DNA of 64,000 nt from a bacterium. Lineage in GTDB: Bacteria > RBG-13-61-14 > DATKZS01. The stretch is taken from NCBI GenBank assembly GCA_963674965.2, contig CAXXFL010000001.1, positions 992,001-1,056,000 of the forward strand. The letters run 5' to 3'. Each line of letters starts with the position of its first letter. The stretch's first letter is position 1. The notes below the pieces were generated by a model. That model made no database searches, was not told the origin of the DNA, and saw only the letters and a list, made by a program, of their open reading frames with translations. The position numbers were made by a program, and so were the translations under genes. Positions 50,178-60,208 of the stretch are shown one piece after another.

Positions 50178-52952
50178 TTAGTGTCCCGGACCCGCTCGAC
50201 GGACGCGGGAGAAGAAAAAAATCAAAAAGGAACCGATGGCGCAAAACCCGGCCGTTGCCGAGACCCATAGCCCGAGGCGGAGGGAGGCGGGCCGGAAGGA
50301 GAAAGTGACCGAGTGCCGGCCGGCGTCGAGCCAAACCGCGCGGAAGGCGTGGTTGGCCCTTAATATCGGGGCCTCCACGCCGTCAACCTCCGCCCTCCAT
50401 CCAGGATACCAAACATCGCCAAGCACGACCAGGCCCGGGTCAGTCAGGTCCGCGCCGATCATGACCCGGTCGGCCTGATAGCTTTGAATCTCGATTTTCT
50501 CCCCCGCCGGCCAGGAGGAATCGCGGACTGGCAAATTAAGTGGAGCTTCGAGAAGGACTTCCTTGGCCGGCTGAAAAACACGGTTACGAAGATACTTAAG
50601 GCGCGCCGCCGCGTCCGGGACGACATTATATTTATGGACGATAAAGGCCCGGGGAAGCGCGCCGGGGTTGACGAATACGTTGAGCCCGGCCAGATCAAGG
50701 CGTTTGAAATAAGCATTGGGATTAAGGACCGCGGGATTGAATATCTCGATTTCTGGGACTTCAGATCCCGAGGACGGGGACGGCGGCAGGACGTCCATGC
50801 CAACTCGAAGGGTCTGGCCGTGCAGGTCCGATAAATCGATGGTCTGAAGATGGTTTTGAAGGACCTCGTCCGAGTTGATGAAAAACCGGGCGAAGAGAAG
50901 GCGGTGATTGCCGGTTTGATCGACCCGGGCCCGGACCTGGACCCACGCCGGCGCCGTCAGGTCCGTCTCGGTCCCTTCTCGGCGGAGCTCGAATTGGAAC
51001 GACGACCCCGCCGGCGCGAGCCAGGTCTGTCGCCACGATCCGGGCGCCATGATCGCTACCCCCCCTGGAACCAGGCCGGAGAGTCCGGTCCGCCGGCAGC
51101 CGCGGGCGGGACAGTCCCTGGCCTGCCAGTGGTAGGCCGGGAAAAAATGCGAGGCGAACTTAAGGTTGGCCTCCTCGGTTATGACGTAGACCACGTTGAG
51201 AAAATTTAATAGATGGACGTTCTGGTCGGAAATATAGTTCGGGTTTTTCAGTTGCCAAAAATTAAGACGCTGCCATCCGCCGTCCTTGGCGGGGGGCAGA
51301 AGCTGCATGTAGAATTCGGCGTACCACTGGATCGAGGACGTCATGAAGGAGTCGGTGGTTTGCTCTCCGGGCAAGGACCCCAACTGATAGGGAATTGAAC
51401 GCCGTCCGAAACGGTGAGCGGGAGCTACTGTCATGCTCCGGCCGATCGGTCGCGGCCGTGAGAAATACTCGAGATAGGCCGGGTTGAATCGAGGAAAATC
51501 CAATCGCTCCCGGTGGAGGATAAAAAAGGAGGGGATATAACACTCGATAATAAATAAAACGCACAACCAGCCCGCTACCACGCGGGCGCGCGACCCGGTC
51601 ACGATGACGATCATCCCGCCCAGGGCCAGAAGCAGGTATATAACGGCCACCCGGTCTTGATAGGCGGCCACTCGGTCCATGGGGAACTGATTTTGGCTGA
51701 CCGTGAACCAGGCGGCTTCCAGTTTGAGGAAAGCCGCGAAAGCAAGGGAGGTGCTGGAAAAGATCGCGATATATCGCCGAGCCCGGGCGGAGGCAAGGAC
51801 GTGGTCAATGAAAAACGCGACGAGCAGCGCAATCAGGATGCTCGCGTAATAGAAGTTTAGATGGTGCCACATCATCTTCCCGACAAAGGGGAGCCTATAA
51901 GCCACGCGGAGCAGGCCGAAGGGATTGGCCGTAAGCAGCAATAAGCAGGCGATGCAGATAAATATTACCTTGATGGCCGGGCGCTTTCTCATCTCGGTGA
52001 TACTCAAAACCAGGACCGCTGGAGTGATCGCTCCCAGGATAACCCGGATATATCCCGCCACCGCCCTGCCGGACGCGGTGGAGCTGAAGGTTTCATAGGA
52101 AAACCAGGCGGGGTCGGATCGGGTGCTGAAGTGGACGAATTCGTACACGGGCAGGAACTGGATAAGGCCCAGGGCTACCCCGCCCCCAACCGACGCGGCG
52201 ATCAATATTAGCGCTTTTCGCCGCTCCCACAGATCACGCGGCCTTACCGCCGCGACGCCGGCTAAAATAATGAAAAGGGTTAAGAACTCCCGGCCAATGG
52301 TCTCCATATTGCCGCCCAAAACCTGCAACCCGAGCGCCGCGATCGCCCCCAAAAAAGCCGCCGGGCTCCGATAGCGCCAAATCCCCACGTAACAGGAAAA
52401 AAGGAGCGGCGTCCACGAGAAGGTCAATAAGCGAGGCAGAAAATGATCGGCCTCCCCGATCTGAAAAAGCAGCAACCCGAAAAGGGCCCCCGACAAGGAG
52501 GCCCATGGCCCCCGCGACAACAGCCGCGCCAGCAGGTATAACGAAAGGGTGAAGATCGCCAGATGCACGTATGTCCCGACCACCGCCGCGACGTTATAAG
52601 GGAGAATGGAATAAATAACGCCCAGGGGCGCAAACCGGCTGGTATGAGACCAGCCGATCAGCGGCGTGCCCGAGTTGAACTGAGGCATCCAGGCCGGAAA
52701 AAAACCGCGTTCCGCGTTTTCGTCAATAACTCGGCGGTAAAGCATCCACTCGTTCAGGTTCTCGCTGTTGCCCGGTTCGATGGCGCCTATCAGGGTCTCG
52801 CCCCGAAAAAGATAGGGGACCGCTGGAACAAGTGAAAGTATCAATAGCAAGGCCGGTAACGCCAGGTCCAGGCGACTGAACTTAAGGGGCGGGAATTCCT
52901 CCTTGTCCGAGCCGAGGGTGGCGACAGGCGGAGCGTCGGCGCTGGAATTCAT
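50178..52952 (-). CDS. YfhO-family (GT-C) membrane protein
   Basis: PAWMPQFNSGTP, QFLPVYEF, ALPRAF, LGDVWYPGWRAEVDG, ANHAFRAV, terminal TM helix. Confidence 0.85.
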   Translation of the reverse strand: MNSSADAPPVATLGSDKEEFPPLKFSRLDLALPALLLILSLVPAVPYLFRGETLIGAIEPGNSENLNEWMLYRRVIDENAERGFFPAWMPQFNSGTPLIGWSHTSRFAPLGVIYSILPYNVAAVVGTYVHLAIFTLSLYLLARLLSRGPWASLSGALFGLLLFQIGEADHFLPRLLTFSWTPLLFSCYVGIWRYRSPAAFLGAIAALGLQVLGGNMETIGREFLTLFIILAGVAAVRPRDLWERRKALILIAASVGGGVALGLIQFLPVYEFVHFSTRSDPAWFSYETFSSTASGRAVAGYIRVILGAITPAVLVLSITEMRKRPAIKVIFICIACLLLLTANPFGLLRVAYRLPFVGKMMWHHLNFYYASILIALLVAFFIDHVLASARARRYIAIFSSTSLAFAAFLKLEAAWFTVSQNQFPMDRVAAYQDRVAVIYLLLALGGMIVIVTGSRARVVAGWLCVLFIIECYIPSFFILHRERLDFPRFNPAYLEYFSRPRPIGRSMTVAPAHRFGRRSIPYQLGSLPGEQTTDSFMTSSIQWYAEFYMQLLPPAKDGGWQRLNFWQLKNPNYISDQNVHLLNFLNVVYVITEEANLKFASHFFPAYHWQARDCPARGCRRTGLSGLVPGGVAIMAPGSWRQTWLAPAGSSFQFELRREGTETDLTAPAWVQVRARVDQTGNHRLLFARFFINSDEVLQNHLQTIDLSDLHGQTLRVGMDVLPPSPSSGSEVPEIEIFNPAVLNPNAYFKRLDLAGLNVFVNPGALPRAFIVHKYNVVPDAAARLKYLRNRVFQPAKEVLLEAPLNLPVRDSSWPAGEKIEIQSYQADRVMIGADLTDPGLVVLGDVWYPGWRAEVDGVEAPILRANHAFRAVWLDAGRHSVTFSFRPASLRLGLWVSATAGFCAIGSFLIFFFSRVRRAGPGH

Positions 52953-53010
52953 GCGATCATTATCCCGTCGCGGGAAGAGCCCCGCTCTATGATCCAGTGA
53001 ATCCTGGTGA

Positions 53011-53055
53011 AGAAATCCGGGGACGAGAAATCCGGGGACGGCATATTTATCTCGC
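53011..53055 (+). repeat. Tandem AGAAATCCGGGGACG doublet plus GCATATTTATCTCGC tail
   Basis: Units at 53011-53025 and 53026-53040; the 17-mer CGGCATATTTATCTCGC recurs at 53418-53434. Confidence 0.75.
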
Positions 53056-53573
53056 TTCTATTCAGCTTTAGTCTCGTTATTAATGATCGATGCGAAGGCC
53101 AATGGCGGACTCGTGAGAAACCCATAACGCGCGTAGGCGGCGCAGCCCCGGTCCGAGCGTTTTCTTCCACTAATTCAAGCATAGACTGACGCTTATCCTC
53201 CCTCGCGTTATACGATTCTTTTCAAAGGGATGGCAGTATAACATGTTCTGCCCGCGTCTTTCCCGCCCACGCAATATTGGAGGCAATATCCCGCGTGCCA
53301 TCCAGCGAAATAGTTGCATAGGTGGCAAGGGAAGTCAATTATTCCTTTGCAAAGTTCTCTTCTTGTCGCTGAAGCCAATTTGGATCACGGAAGCATAAGT
53401 CCGCCTTGATATGGAGGCGGCATATTTATCTCGCCTTTATTGCGGGGCAGAGGGGCGTTTATGGATATTCCATCAACATCGAGCGTTTAAGGGGACCTAT
53501 ATTATTTCCAACAATTAAAGTGATTTTCCTGGGATATTCAAAGAACGGCCCGGCCTCGCTTCACTCCCTCTTT

Positions 53574-54989
53574 CTAGGCGGAATATTTTTTCAGGTAATA
53601 ACGGAACTGGTGATAGGTCAGGCCCAGGCGTCTGGCGGCTGCGGCCTGGTTGCCCCCCGCCTCCTCCAGGGCGGAAAGCACCAGGGACCTCTCATGGGCC
53701 TCGACCCTTTCCCTGAAGGAGCCGGACGCTGGAAAGGCCCGCTCGGCCGCGTGGAGGCCAAGGTCCGAGGCGGTGATCTCGTCGGTCGTGTCCCTGTATA
53801 CGGCCCTCTCGATGACGTTCTTAAGCTCCCGCACGTTGCCGGGGAAGGCGTAATTTCGGAGGGCCCTGACCGCCTCCTCCCCCAGCCTCTTGCCCTGGAA
53901 GGCCGGGACCTCGTCCATGAACCTGTCCAGGAAATAATCGGCCAGGAGGTCCACGTCTCCCTCTCTCTCCCGGAGAGGAGGAACGCGTATCTCCTCGAAG
54001 GAAAGGCGGTCGTAAAGGTCGGCCAGGAACTTGCCCTCCCGGATCAGCTTGTCCAGGTCCGCGTTGGTGGCCGCCACGATCCGGGCGTTGACCTTTATTT
54101 CCTCGCGCCCGCCCACGCGGTTGAAGGTCCCGTACTCGACCACCCGCAGAATCTTGCGCTGGAAGGGAAGGCTCATGTTGCCTATCTCGTCCATGAAAAG
54201 CATGCCGCCGTCGGCCTGCTCGAAACGGCCGCCGCTCCTTTTGGCCGCCCCGGTGAAGGCGCCCTTCTCGTAGCCGAACAGCTCGCTCTCGAGCAGAGAG
54301 TCAGTAAAGGCCGCGCAGTTGACCACCACGAAACTCCCCATGGGACGCGGGGAACGGCCGCTTTGGCTGGAGGAGTTTTTCGCGGCCATGTAGATGGCGC
54401 GGGCCACGAGCTCCTTGCCCGTTCCCCTCTCGCCCGTTATCAGCACGGGCCGGGGAATGGAGGCGACCTTGTCCACCCGGCTCACCACCTCCATGATCGC
54501 GTCGGAACGGCCCACTATCTCGTAGCGGGAGCGGGCCGCCTCCTGGAGAAGCTCGTTCTCCCGCCCCAGTTCCCGGTTCTTCTCGATAAGAGAGATAAGG
54601 GCCTTGATTTTGCCGAGCTGGGTGGAAACGCGCTCGGACAAATTGTCGGTCCGGACCAGAAAGTCGCTGGCCCCCGCCCGGACCGCGTTGTTGGCGATAT
54701 TTACGTCGCCCTTTTCAGCAACCATGACCACGGGCACGATGGGGTCGATCTGCCGAATCTCGAAAAGAGCCGACAGCCCGTCGATCCTGCCGTCGCCAAG
54801 ATGATAATCGACCACGATAAGATCGCACCTTGCGCCTTTGCCCAAAAGGGCCAACAGCTCGCCGGCGCTGGAGATTGTCTTTATTATTCCACTTGTTCCG
54901 CAGACCTGGACAAAGGCTTCGCATAGGCTTTGGAGGTCTTTCCTCGGGGTATCCAGGATGTAAACGCTCTTGGTATTGTCGCCGATCAC
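53574..54989 (-). CDS. Sigma54 enhancer-binding protein, PspF-like AAA+/HTH with an N-terminal atypical receiver domain
   Basis: GERGTGKE, GAFTGA, LRVVEYG, ADLYDRLSF, LGLTYHQFR are PspF-type signatures; REC-like DLIVVDYHL. Confidence 0.9.
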   Translation of the reverse strand: MIGDNTKSVYILDTPRKDLQSLCEAFVQVCGTSGIIKTISSAGELLALLGKGARCDLIVVDYHLGDGRIDGLSALFEIRQIDPIVPVVMVAEKGDVNIANNAVRAGASDFLVRTDNLSERVSTQLGKIKALISLIEKNRELGRENELLQEAARSRYEIVGRSDAIMEVVSRVDKVASIPRPVLITGERGTGKELVARAIYMAAKNSSSQSGRSPRPMGSFVVVNCAAFTDSLLESELFGYEKGAFTGAAKRSGGRFEQADGGMLFMDEIGNMSLPFQRKILRVVEYGTFNRVGGREEIKVNARIVAATNADLDKLIREGKFLADLYDRLSFEEIRVPPLREREGDVDLLADYFLDRFMDEVPAFQGKRLGEEAVRALRNYAFPGNVRELKNVIERAVYRDTTDEITASDLGLHAAERAFPASGSFRERVEAHERSLVLSALEEAGGNQAAAARRLGLTYHQFRYYLKKYSA

Positions 54990-55032
54990 GGGTTTATTTT
55001 AAAAGATCGAGATGAGAAAAACAACTGGAATG

Positions 55033-55147
55033 TGACAATTTTCACCACACCTGAAGTTTTCCACCATCAAAAAGAGGCGGTTTTTTAGGCAATATCCAAT
55101 CAAAACGGATACTTAAAATTAATCTCCCCTTGGGCACGCAATTTCCA
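55033..55147 (+). promoter_or_regulatory. Candidate activator sites and sigma54 -24/-12 promoter for the NfeD-flotillin operon
   Basis: TGACAATTTTCACCA (55033-47) and TGAAGTTTTCCACCA (55052-66); GGCACG-caat-TTCCA at 55133-55147 (-12 reads CC instead of GC). Confidence 0.6.
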
Positions 55148-55169
55148 TTAAAGGTATTACCAAGAGGAC

Positions 55170-55763
55170 ATGAAGATGATGAAAATAGAAACCATAGACA
55201 TAATATTCATCGCGGGAATTATTGAAGGAACGGCCCAGTTATGTTTCCTGGGCGCCGCTTCATTCCTGGCCAATATAACTCTTTTCCCCCGGTTGTCCGG
55301 CCTTTTCGGCTCATTGCGAATAAGTCCCCAAGGCCGAGTGTCTCGCGGCTCCGTCCGCTCTTCTTGTACCATGGGCGGGCCTCTCATTATCCTGGCGCTT
55401 TGGTCCTCGCTGTTTGGGTCGCTGGGGCTCTTGGGCAGGTCTTTTTTCCACTTCGATACCATGGTCCTCCTGGCGGGTAGCGCGGCGGCGTCCCTTCCCG
55501 TCGCCCTTGTTTGTTCCCTGCTGCTTGGCCGCTACCTGACCGGCTCCGAGGCCAGGGAGATGGAAAGCGAGTATCTGCCCGGCCGGATAGCCAACGTGAG
55601 CCTGGCCATCCCCGAGAATGGGGTCGGCCAGGTCAGCCTGGTCTGCAACGGAAAGCGCGTGATCATTCCCGCCAGGGACAAAAGACGCAAGGGCATTTGC
55701 CGGCGTTCGATGGTAGTCATCATCGGGATCGATAGAAACGTTGCCGAGGTGGTCGAGTTTTAA
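55170..55763 (+). CDS. NfeD/YqiJ-like membrane protein with C-terminal OB-fold
   Basis: TM helices then GRIANVSLAIPENGVGQV...VVIIGID; directly upstream of flotillin. Confidence 0.75.
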   Translation: MKMMKIETIDIIFIAGIIEGTAQLCFLGAASFLANITLFPRLSGLFGSLRISPQGRVSRGSVRSSCTMGGPLIILALWSSLFGSLGLLGRSFFHFDTMVLLAGSAAASLPVALVCSLLLGRYLTGSEAREMESEYLPGRIANVSLAIPENGVGQVSLVCNGKRVIIPARDKRRKGICRRSMVVIIGIDRNVAEVVEF

Positions 55764-55879
55764 ACGCGAAAGGAGAGGCGACATGAAAACTCCACCGAGT
55801 ATAAAAAAGTAGAAGGCTGAAGGGTTTTCAAAGGCAATAACGAAAAGAGCCGGGCGGCTCATGAGAAAGGAGAAAGCAA

Positions 55880-57508
55880 ATGGAATTTTTATCCGAGTGG
55901 TGGGGTCTTCTGGTGGCGATGGCCGGGATATTCGGCTCGGTCATAGCGGCGGGCGGCTACTTCGCCTCGAGATACGAAAAGGTCGGACCTAACGAGGTCC
56001 TTATCGTTTCGGGCAGAAAGGGAGTCTACATGGACCCCTTTGGCAAGAAAAAAGTCGAGAAGAATTTCCGCATTTATCACGGCGGCGGGACCTTCGTCCT
56101 CCCCGTGCGCGAGAAAGTCAGCAAGATGAGCGTCGAGCTTATGACCCTCGAGATCAGGACCCCCGAGTTCTTCACCAAGTTCGGAGTGCCCATCGTGGTG
56201 GACGGCATAGCCCAGATCAAGGTCAGGAGCGACGACCCGATCTCCACCATCACGGCGGCCGAGATGTTCCTGTCCAAGAAGCCGGACGAGATGAACGAGA
56301 TAGCCCACCAGATGATGCAGGGCCATTTGCGAGCGGTCATCAGCACTCTTCCCTTCGAGGAAATCCACGCCAACCCCGAGGCTTTCGCCCAGACGGTCCA
56401 GCGCCTGACGGCGGAGGACCTTGCCAACATGGGCATCCAGGTGGTGAGTTTCACCATACGCGAGATCAAGGACCCCTCGGGATACCTGAAGGCAATTGGG
56501 CGGCCCAAGGTGGCCGAGCTTCACAAGAACGCGATCCTGGGCGAGGCGGCGTCTCATCGCGACGCGGAGGTGGGCAAGTCGGCCGCGGAAAGGGAGGCCT
56601 CGGTGGCCTCGTCCAAGGCCAGGCAGGAGGCGGAACTGGCGGCGATCAATAAGGAACTGGCGGTCCAGAACGCGCAAATGGAAAAGGAGAAGCGCCTAAA
56701 CGCCATGAAGGTCGAGGTGGCCAGGACCCAGGCGGCCTCGGACATGTCCTACGAGTGCGCCAAGGTCAAGCACCGCCAGAGCTTGGTGGAGGAGGAACTG
56801 GGAGTCAGCAAGGTCGAGCGCGAGAAACAGATCGAGATCGAGGAGCTTGAGGTTAGAAGGAAGGAGATCGAGTTGATGCACGGCGTCAAGAAGCCCGCCG
56901 AGGCCGAACGGTATCGCGTCGAGACCATAACCCAGGCCGAAAGGCTAAGGCTCGTGAGCATGGCCGAGGCCCAGGCGGAGGCCGAGCGGCAAAAGGGACT
57001 GGCGGAAGCCGACGTCATCAGGGCCAAGGGAGAAGCCGAGGCCCAGGCCATACGCCTCAAGGCGCTGGCCAAGGCGGAGGGTGAAAAAGCCATGTTCCTG
57101 GCCGAGGCGGAGGGCATGCAACAAAAGGCCAAAGCCTACCAGGAGTATAACTCCGCCGCGGTGAGCCAGATGCTGATCGAAAAGATGCCCGAGATAGCCG
57201 CCGCCGTGGCCGCTCCTCTCCAGAGGATCGACCGCATCGTCATGATCAGCGGCGCGAACGGCGACAACGGGGACTCCTCCGGTTTCGGCCGTATCACCAA
57301 GGGAGTCACCGAGGTCATGGCTCAGGTCCCCGCGGTTTTCGAGGCCATGACCGGAGTGGGCCTCGAGGACCTCATAAGGAAAGTGCCCGCCTTCAAGGAG
57401 GTCGCGGAAGTCAAAAAGGCCGATACCGCCTCCGGGCAAGATCAAAAGGCCCTGACCAGCCAAGACAACGGGACAAGCCAGGGACTTGAAAGGTCGCAAA
57501 GCCAGTAG
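55880..57508 (+). CDS. Flotillin (SPFH/band 7) family protein
   Basis: N-terminal TM, KVGPNEVLIVSG, GGTFVLP, DGIAQIK, GHLRAV, AEA-rich coiled coil, IEKMPEIAAAVAAPL. Confidence 0.93.
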   Translation: MEFLSEWWGLLVAMAGIFGSVIAAGGYFASRYEKVGPNEVLIVSGRKGVYMDPFGKKKVEKNFRIYHGGGTFVLPVREKVSKMSVELMTLEIRTPEFFTKFGVPIVVDGIAQIKVRSDDPISTITAAEMFLSKKPDEMNEIAHQMMQGHLRAVISTLPFEEIHANPEAFAQTVQRLTAEDLANMGIQVVSFTIREIKDPSGYLKAIGRPKVAELHKNAILGEAASHRDAEVGKSAAEREASVASSKARQEAELAAINKELAVQNAQMEKEKRLNAMKVEVARTQAASDMSYECAKVKHRQSLVEEELGVSKVEREKQIEIEELEVRRKEIELMHGVKKPAEAERYRVETITQAERLRLVSMAEAQAEAERQKGLAEADVIRAKGEAEAQAIRLKALAKAEGEKAMFLAEAEGMQQKAKAYQEYNSAAVSQMLIEKMPEIAAAVAAPLQRIDRIVMISGANGDNGDSSGFGRITKGVTEVMAQVPAVFEAMTGVGLEDLIRKVPAFKEVAEVKKADTASGQDQKALTSQDNGTSQGLERSQSQ

Positions 57509-57532
57509 TCAACAGCCGGAGCCAAGCGCGAA

Positions 57533-57567
57533 GGCGGCCGGATTGACGTCCGGCCGCCGCTTCCTTT
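57533..57567 (+). terminator. GC hairpin after flotillin, probable terminator
   Basis: GGCGGCCGGA-ttgacg-TCCGGCCGCC followed by a weak pyrimidine tail. Confidence 0.5.
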
Positions 57568-57979
57568 CCCGCGTGGGTGAGAGGAGCGAAAGGGCTGAAG
57601 GCCTGGGGGCCGAGGGCGCTTGGAGGCGTTTTCCGGCGGCTTTCGACCGGCGATTTGAGGGACCTGATGACGGGAGAAGATCAGCCGGCGGCTAAGTCGC
57701 CCATGCATGATGATTAGATGGGCGACCCGGAAAAAAACAGGATTGACCCTGGGAAACCTGATCCAATACGCGAACGAGGCGCTGGGAGCGGCGGGCCATT
57801 AATCTCCGCTCGTTCTTTGCTTACCATAATATCGTCGAATCCTAGCGAAACCCAAGTTGAAGAATAGGGAAAAAGGCATTTAAATAGATAGTGTAGGGTC
57901 GATCCTTGACGCTCCCTAATATACTTTCGGCCCGATCTTATAATCGCCGAGGAAGTTCGCCTCTAAACGGAGTAATTAA

Positions 57980-60208
57980 ATGATCGACCATACCCTATAC
58001 GACACCCTGTCCGACAAGCCTTTAAGCCCCCACGCGTCCGGAGCGTTCGGCGCCGCCGGCCTTTTCCCCATGCTGGGATTGATGGGTCAGGCCTGGGCCT
58101 ACTACGTGGACGCGTGGCAGCGTCACGTCCTGTTCAATGACGTTTTGAGGAAGCAGGGCAACGTTTATTTCGAGCACAAGAGGAAGGGCCTTCCTCCGGT
58201 CCTCAGCTTTGGCCATGAGATCGTCATGGACGGGCGGGAGCTTGCAAGGCCAGTGAACTACGCCCTGGCCCGGATACTTCCCGACGAGGGCGTCGAGCTT
58301 GACCCGACGTCTCGTCCCATCGTGATCGTCGACCCCCGCGCGGGCCACGGTCCCGGCATCGGCGGCTCGAAAAAGGACTCGGAGATGGGCCTTAGCCTGC
58401 GGGACGAGAGGCCGACTTATTTCGTGATGTTCTTTCCCGATCCGGTCCCGGGCCAGACCATCGAGGACGTGATGAACGCGGAGATAGCCTTCGTCGAGCG
58501 CGTGAAGTCGCTGCATCCGGAGGCCCCGGCCCCGGCGGTGATAGGCAACTGCCAGGCGGGCTGGGCCGTGGCCATGATGGCGGCCAAGCGTCCGGACCTT
58601 GCCGGTCCCATCGTCATGGTGGGTTCTCCTCTTTCCTATTGGGCGGGGGAGGACGGCGACAACCCCATGCGCTACCGGGGCGGCTTGATGGGCGGCGCGT
58701 GGCCGGCGTCCTTCCTCTCGGACCTGGGGGGAGGACGCTTCGACGGGGCCTACCTGGTGGGAAATTTCGAGTACCTCAACCCGGCCAACACCTTCTGGAA
58801 GAAGAAGTACCACCTTTATTCCAACGTGGACACCGAGGAGGACAGGTACTTAAACTTCGAGAAATGGTGGAACGGCTTCGCGGACCTGACGGAGGAGGAG
58901 ATTAAGTTTATCGCTTCCGAGCTTTTCATCGGCAACAAGCTCGAGCGGGGTGAAGTCGAGCTGGAGAGCGGCGAAAGGATTAACCTCAGAAACATCCGGC
59001 GGCCGATCATAATATTCTGCTCGGAGGGCGACAACATAACCCATCCGAAGCAGGCCCTCAACTGGGTCTTCAAGGTATGGAGGAGCGAGGAGGAGCTGAA
59101 GGCGGACAAGCAGGTCATCGTTTACCTGGTGCATGAGAGCATCGGCCACCTGGGTATATTCGTCTCCGCGAGCATAGCCAGGAAGCATCACAAGGAGATC
59201 ATGACCGACGTGGACGCGGTGGACTATCTTGCGCCCGGCCTTTACGAGATGATCATCGAGGAGTCCGAGGCGTCGGGTGAATCGGGCCGTCCTGCCGGGG
59301 GTGTCCGCTACGAGGAGAGGAAATTCTCCGACGTGGTGGACCTGAAGCGCTGCGAGGAGGATGAGGAGGCCTTCGCGGTGGTGGATAAAATCTCGACCAT
59401 CAACGACGCGGCCTATAAGCGCCTTATCTCTCCCATGGTCCGGGCCGTGTCCACCAGGGCCGGCGCGAGCGCCCTTAAGGCCATGCATCCTCTCAGGGCC
59501 CCGAGGTACTATTACTCGGACTATAACCCCATGATGTATTTTTTCAAGGTCGCGGCGCCCCTGGTGAAAAAGCACCGGAGGCCCGTCTCACCGGACAACC
59601 CCTTCCTCGAGGCGGAGAAGAAGTATTCCGACTTTATCGTCAAGCTCCTGGACATGAGGAAGGAAATCCGAGACAAGCGCTCCCAGGTTATATTCCGCAA
59701 GACCTACGATCATCCCCTGGTTAAAAGGATGTTTCTCGGCGCGGGCAACGGCAATGGCCGGCAATGCGACGGGGGGGTCGAGGTCGCGCCGTCACCGGTA
59801 ACCGAGGCGGAGCGGTCCCGTCTTCTGGCGGCCATGGGTGAAGGCGGATTTGTCGAGGCCGCGATCAGGATCATGATCGCCGTGGCCCGGGCCGACGGAT
59901 GTTTCAGCCGGTCGGAATTCAAGGCCGCCCGCCGCGTGAGCGCGTCGTATCCGGAGCTTGGCTCGCTCGATCCTCGCGAGGTCAGGCGGATCGCGTCGGA
60001 CCAGGCCAGGATGCTGCAAGTTGATGAGAATGAAGCCATAAAATCTCTTTCCGCGCTGATCCCGGACGAGAAGTCAAGGCGGGACGCTCTCCAAGTGGCG
60101 CGGCAAATGGCCGAGGCGGGCGTTAAACCCGAGGGCCAGGAAAAGCTTCTGGCCAGGATAGAAGAGGTCCTGCTCGGCCGACCGGGCCCCTCGAGGCCTA
60201 GCCTTTAA
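57980..60208 (+). CDS. DUF3141 / PHA synthase-like alpha/beta hydrolase with TerB-like C-terminal domain
   Basis: [19 protein letters not shown], lipase-box-like [20 protein letters not shown]-terminal [16 protein letters not shown]. Confidence 0.8.
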   Translation: MIDHTLYDTLSDKPLSPHASGAFGAAGLFPMLGLMGQAWAYYVDAWQRHVLFNDVLRKQGNVYFEHKRKGLPPVLSFGHEIVMDGRELARPVNYALARILPDEGVELDPTSRPIVIVDPRAGHGPGIGGSKKDSEMGLSLRDERPTYFVMFFPDPVPGQTIEDVMNAEIAFVERVKSLHPEAPAPAVIGNCQAGWAVAMMAAKRPDLAGPIVMVGSPLSYWAGEDGDNPMRYRGGLMGGAWPASFLSDLGGGRFDGAYLVGNFEYLNPANTFWKKKYHLYSNVDTEEDRYLNFEKWWNGFADLTEEEIKFIASELFIGNKLERGEVELESGERINLRNIRRPIIIFCSEGDNITHPKQALNWVFKVWRSEEELKADKQVIVYLVHESIGHLGIFVSASIARKHHKEIMTDVDAVDYLAPGLYEMIIEESEASGESGRPAGGVRYEERKFSDVVDLKRCEEDEEAFAVVDKISTINDAAYKRLISPMVRAVSTRAGASALKAMHPLRAPRYYYSDYNPMMYFFKVAAPLVKKHRRPVSPDNPFLEAEKKYSDFIVKLLDMRKEIRDKRSQVIFRKTYDHPLVKRMFLGAGNGNGRQCDGGVEVAPSPVTEAERSRLLAAMGEGGFVEAAIRIMIAVARADGCFSRSEFKAARRVSASYPELGSLDPREVRRIASDQARMLQVDENEAIKSLSALIPDEKSRRDALQVARQMAEAGVKPEGQEKLLARIEEVLLGRPGPSRPSL

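Noticed and set aside
53406-54926. Other long antisense ORFs (e.g. 53406-54926, 40092-41747, 26104-27699, 12933-14549, 4377-6155)
   Set aside because: Each lies opposite a well-supported gene, as expected in GC-rich DNA, and has no recognisable motifs.
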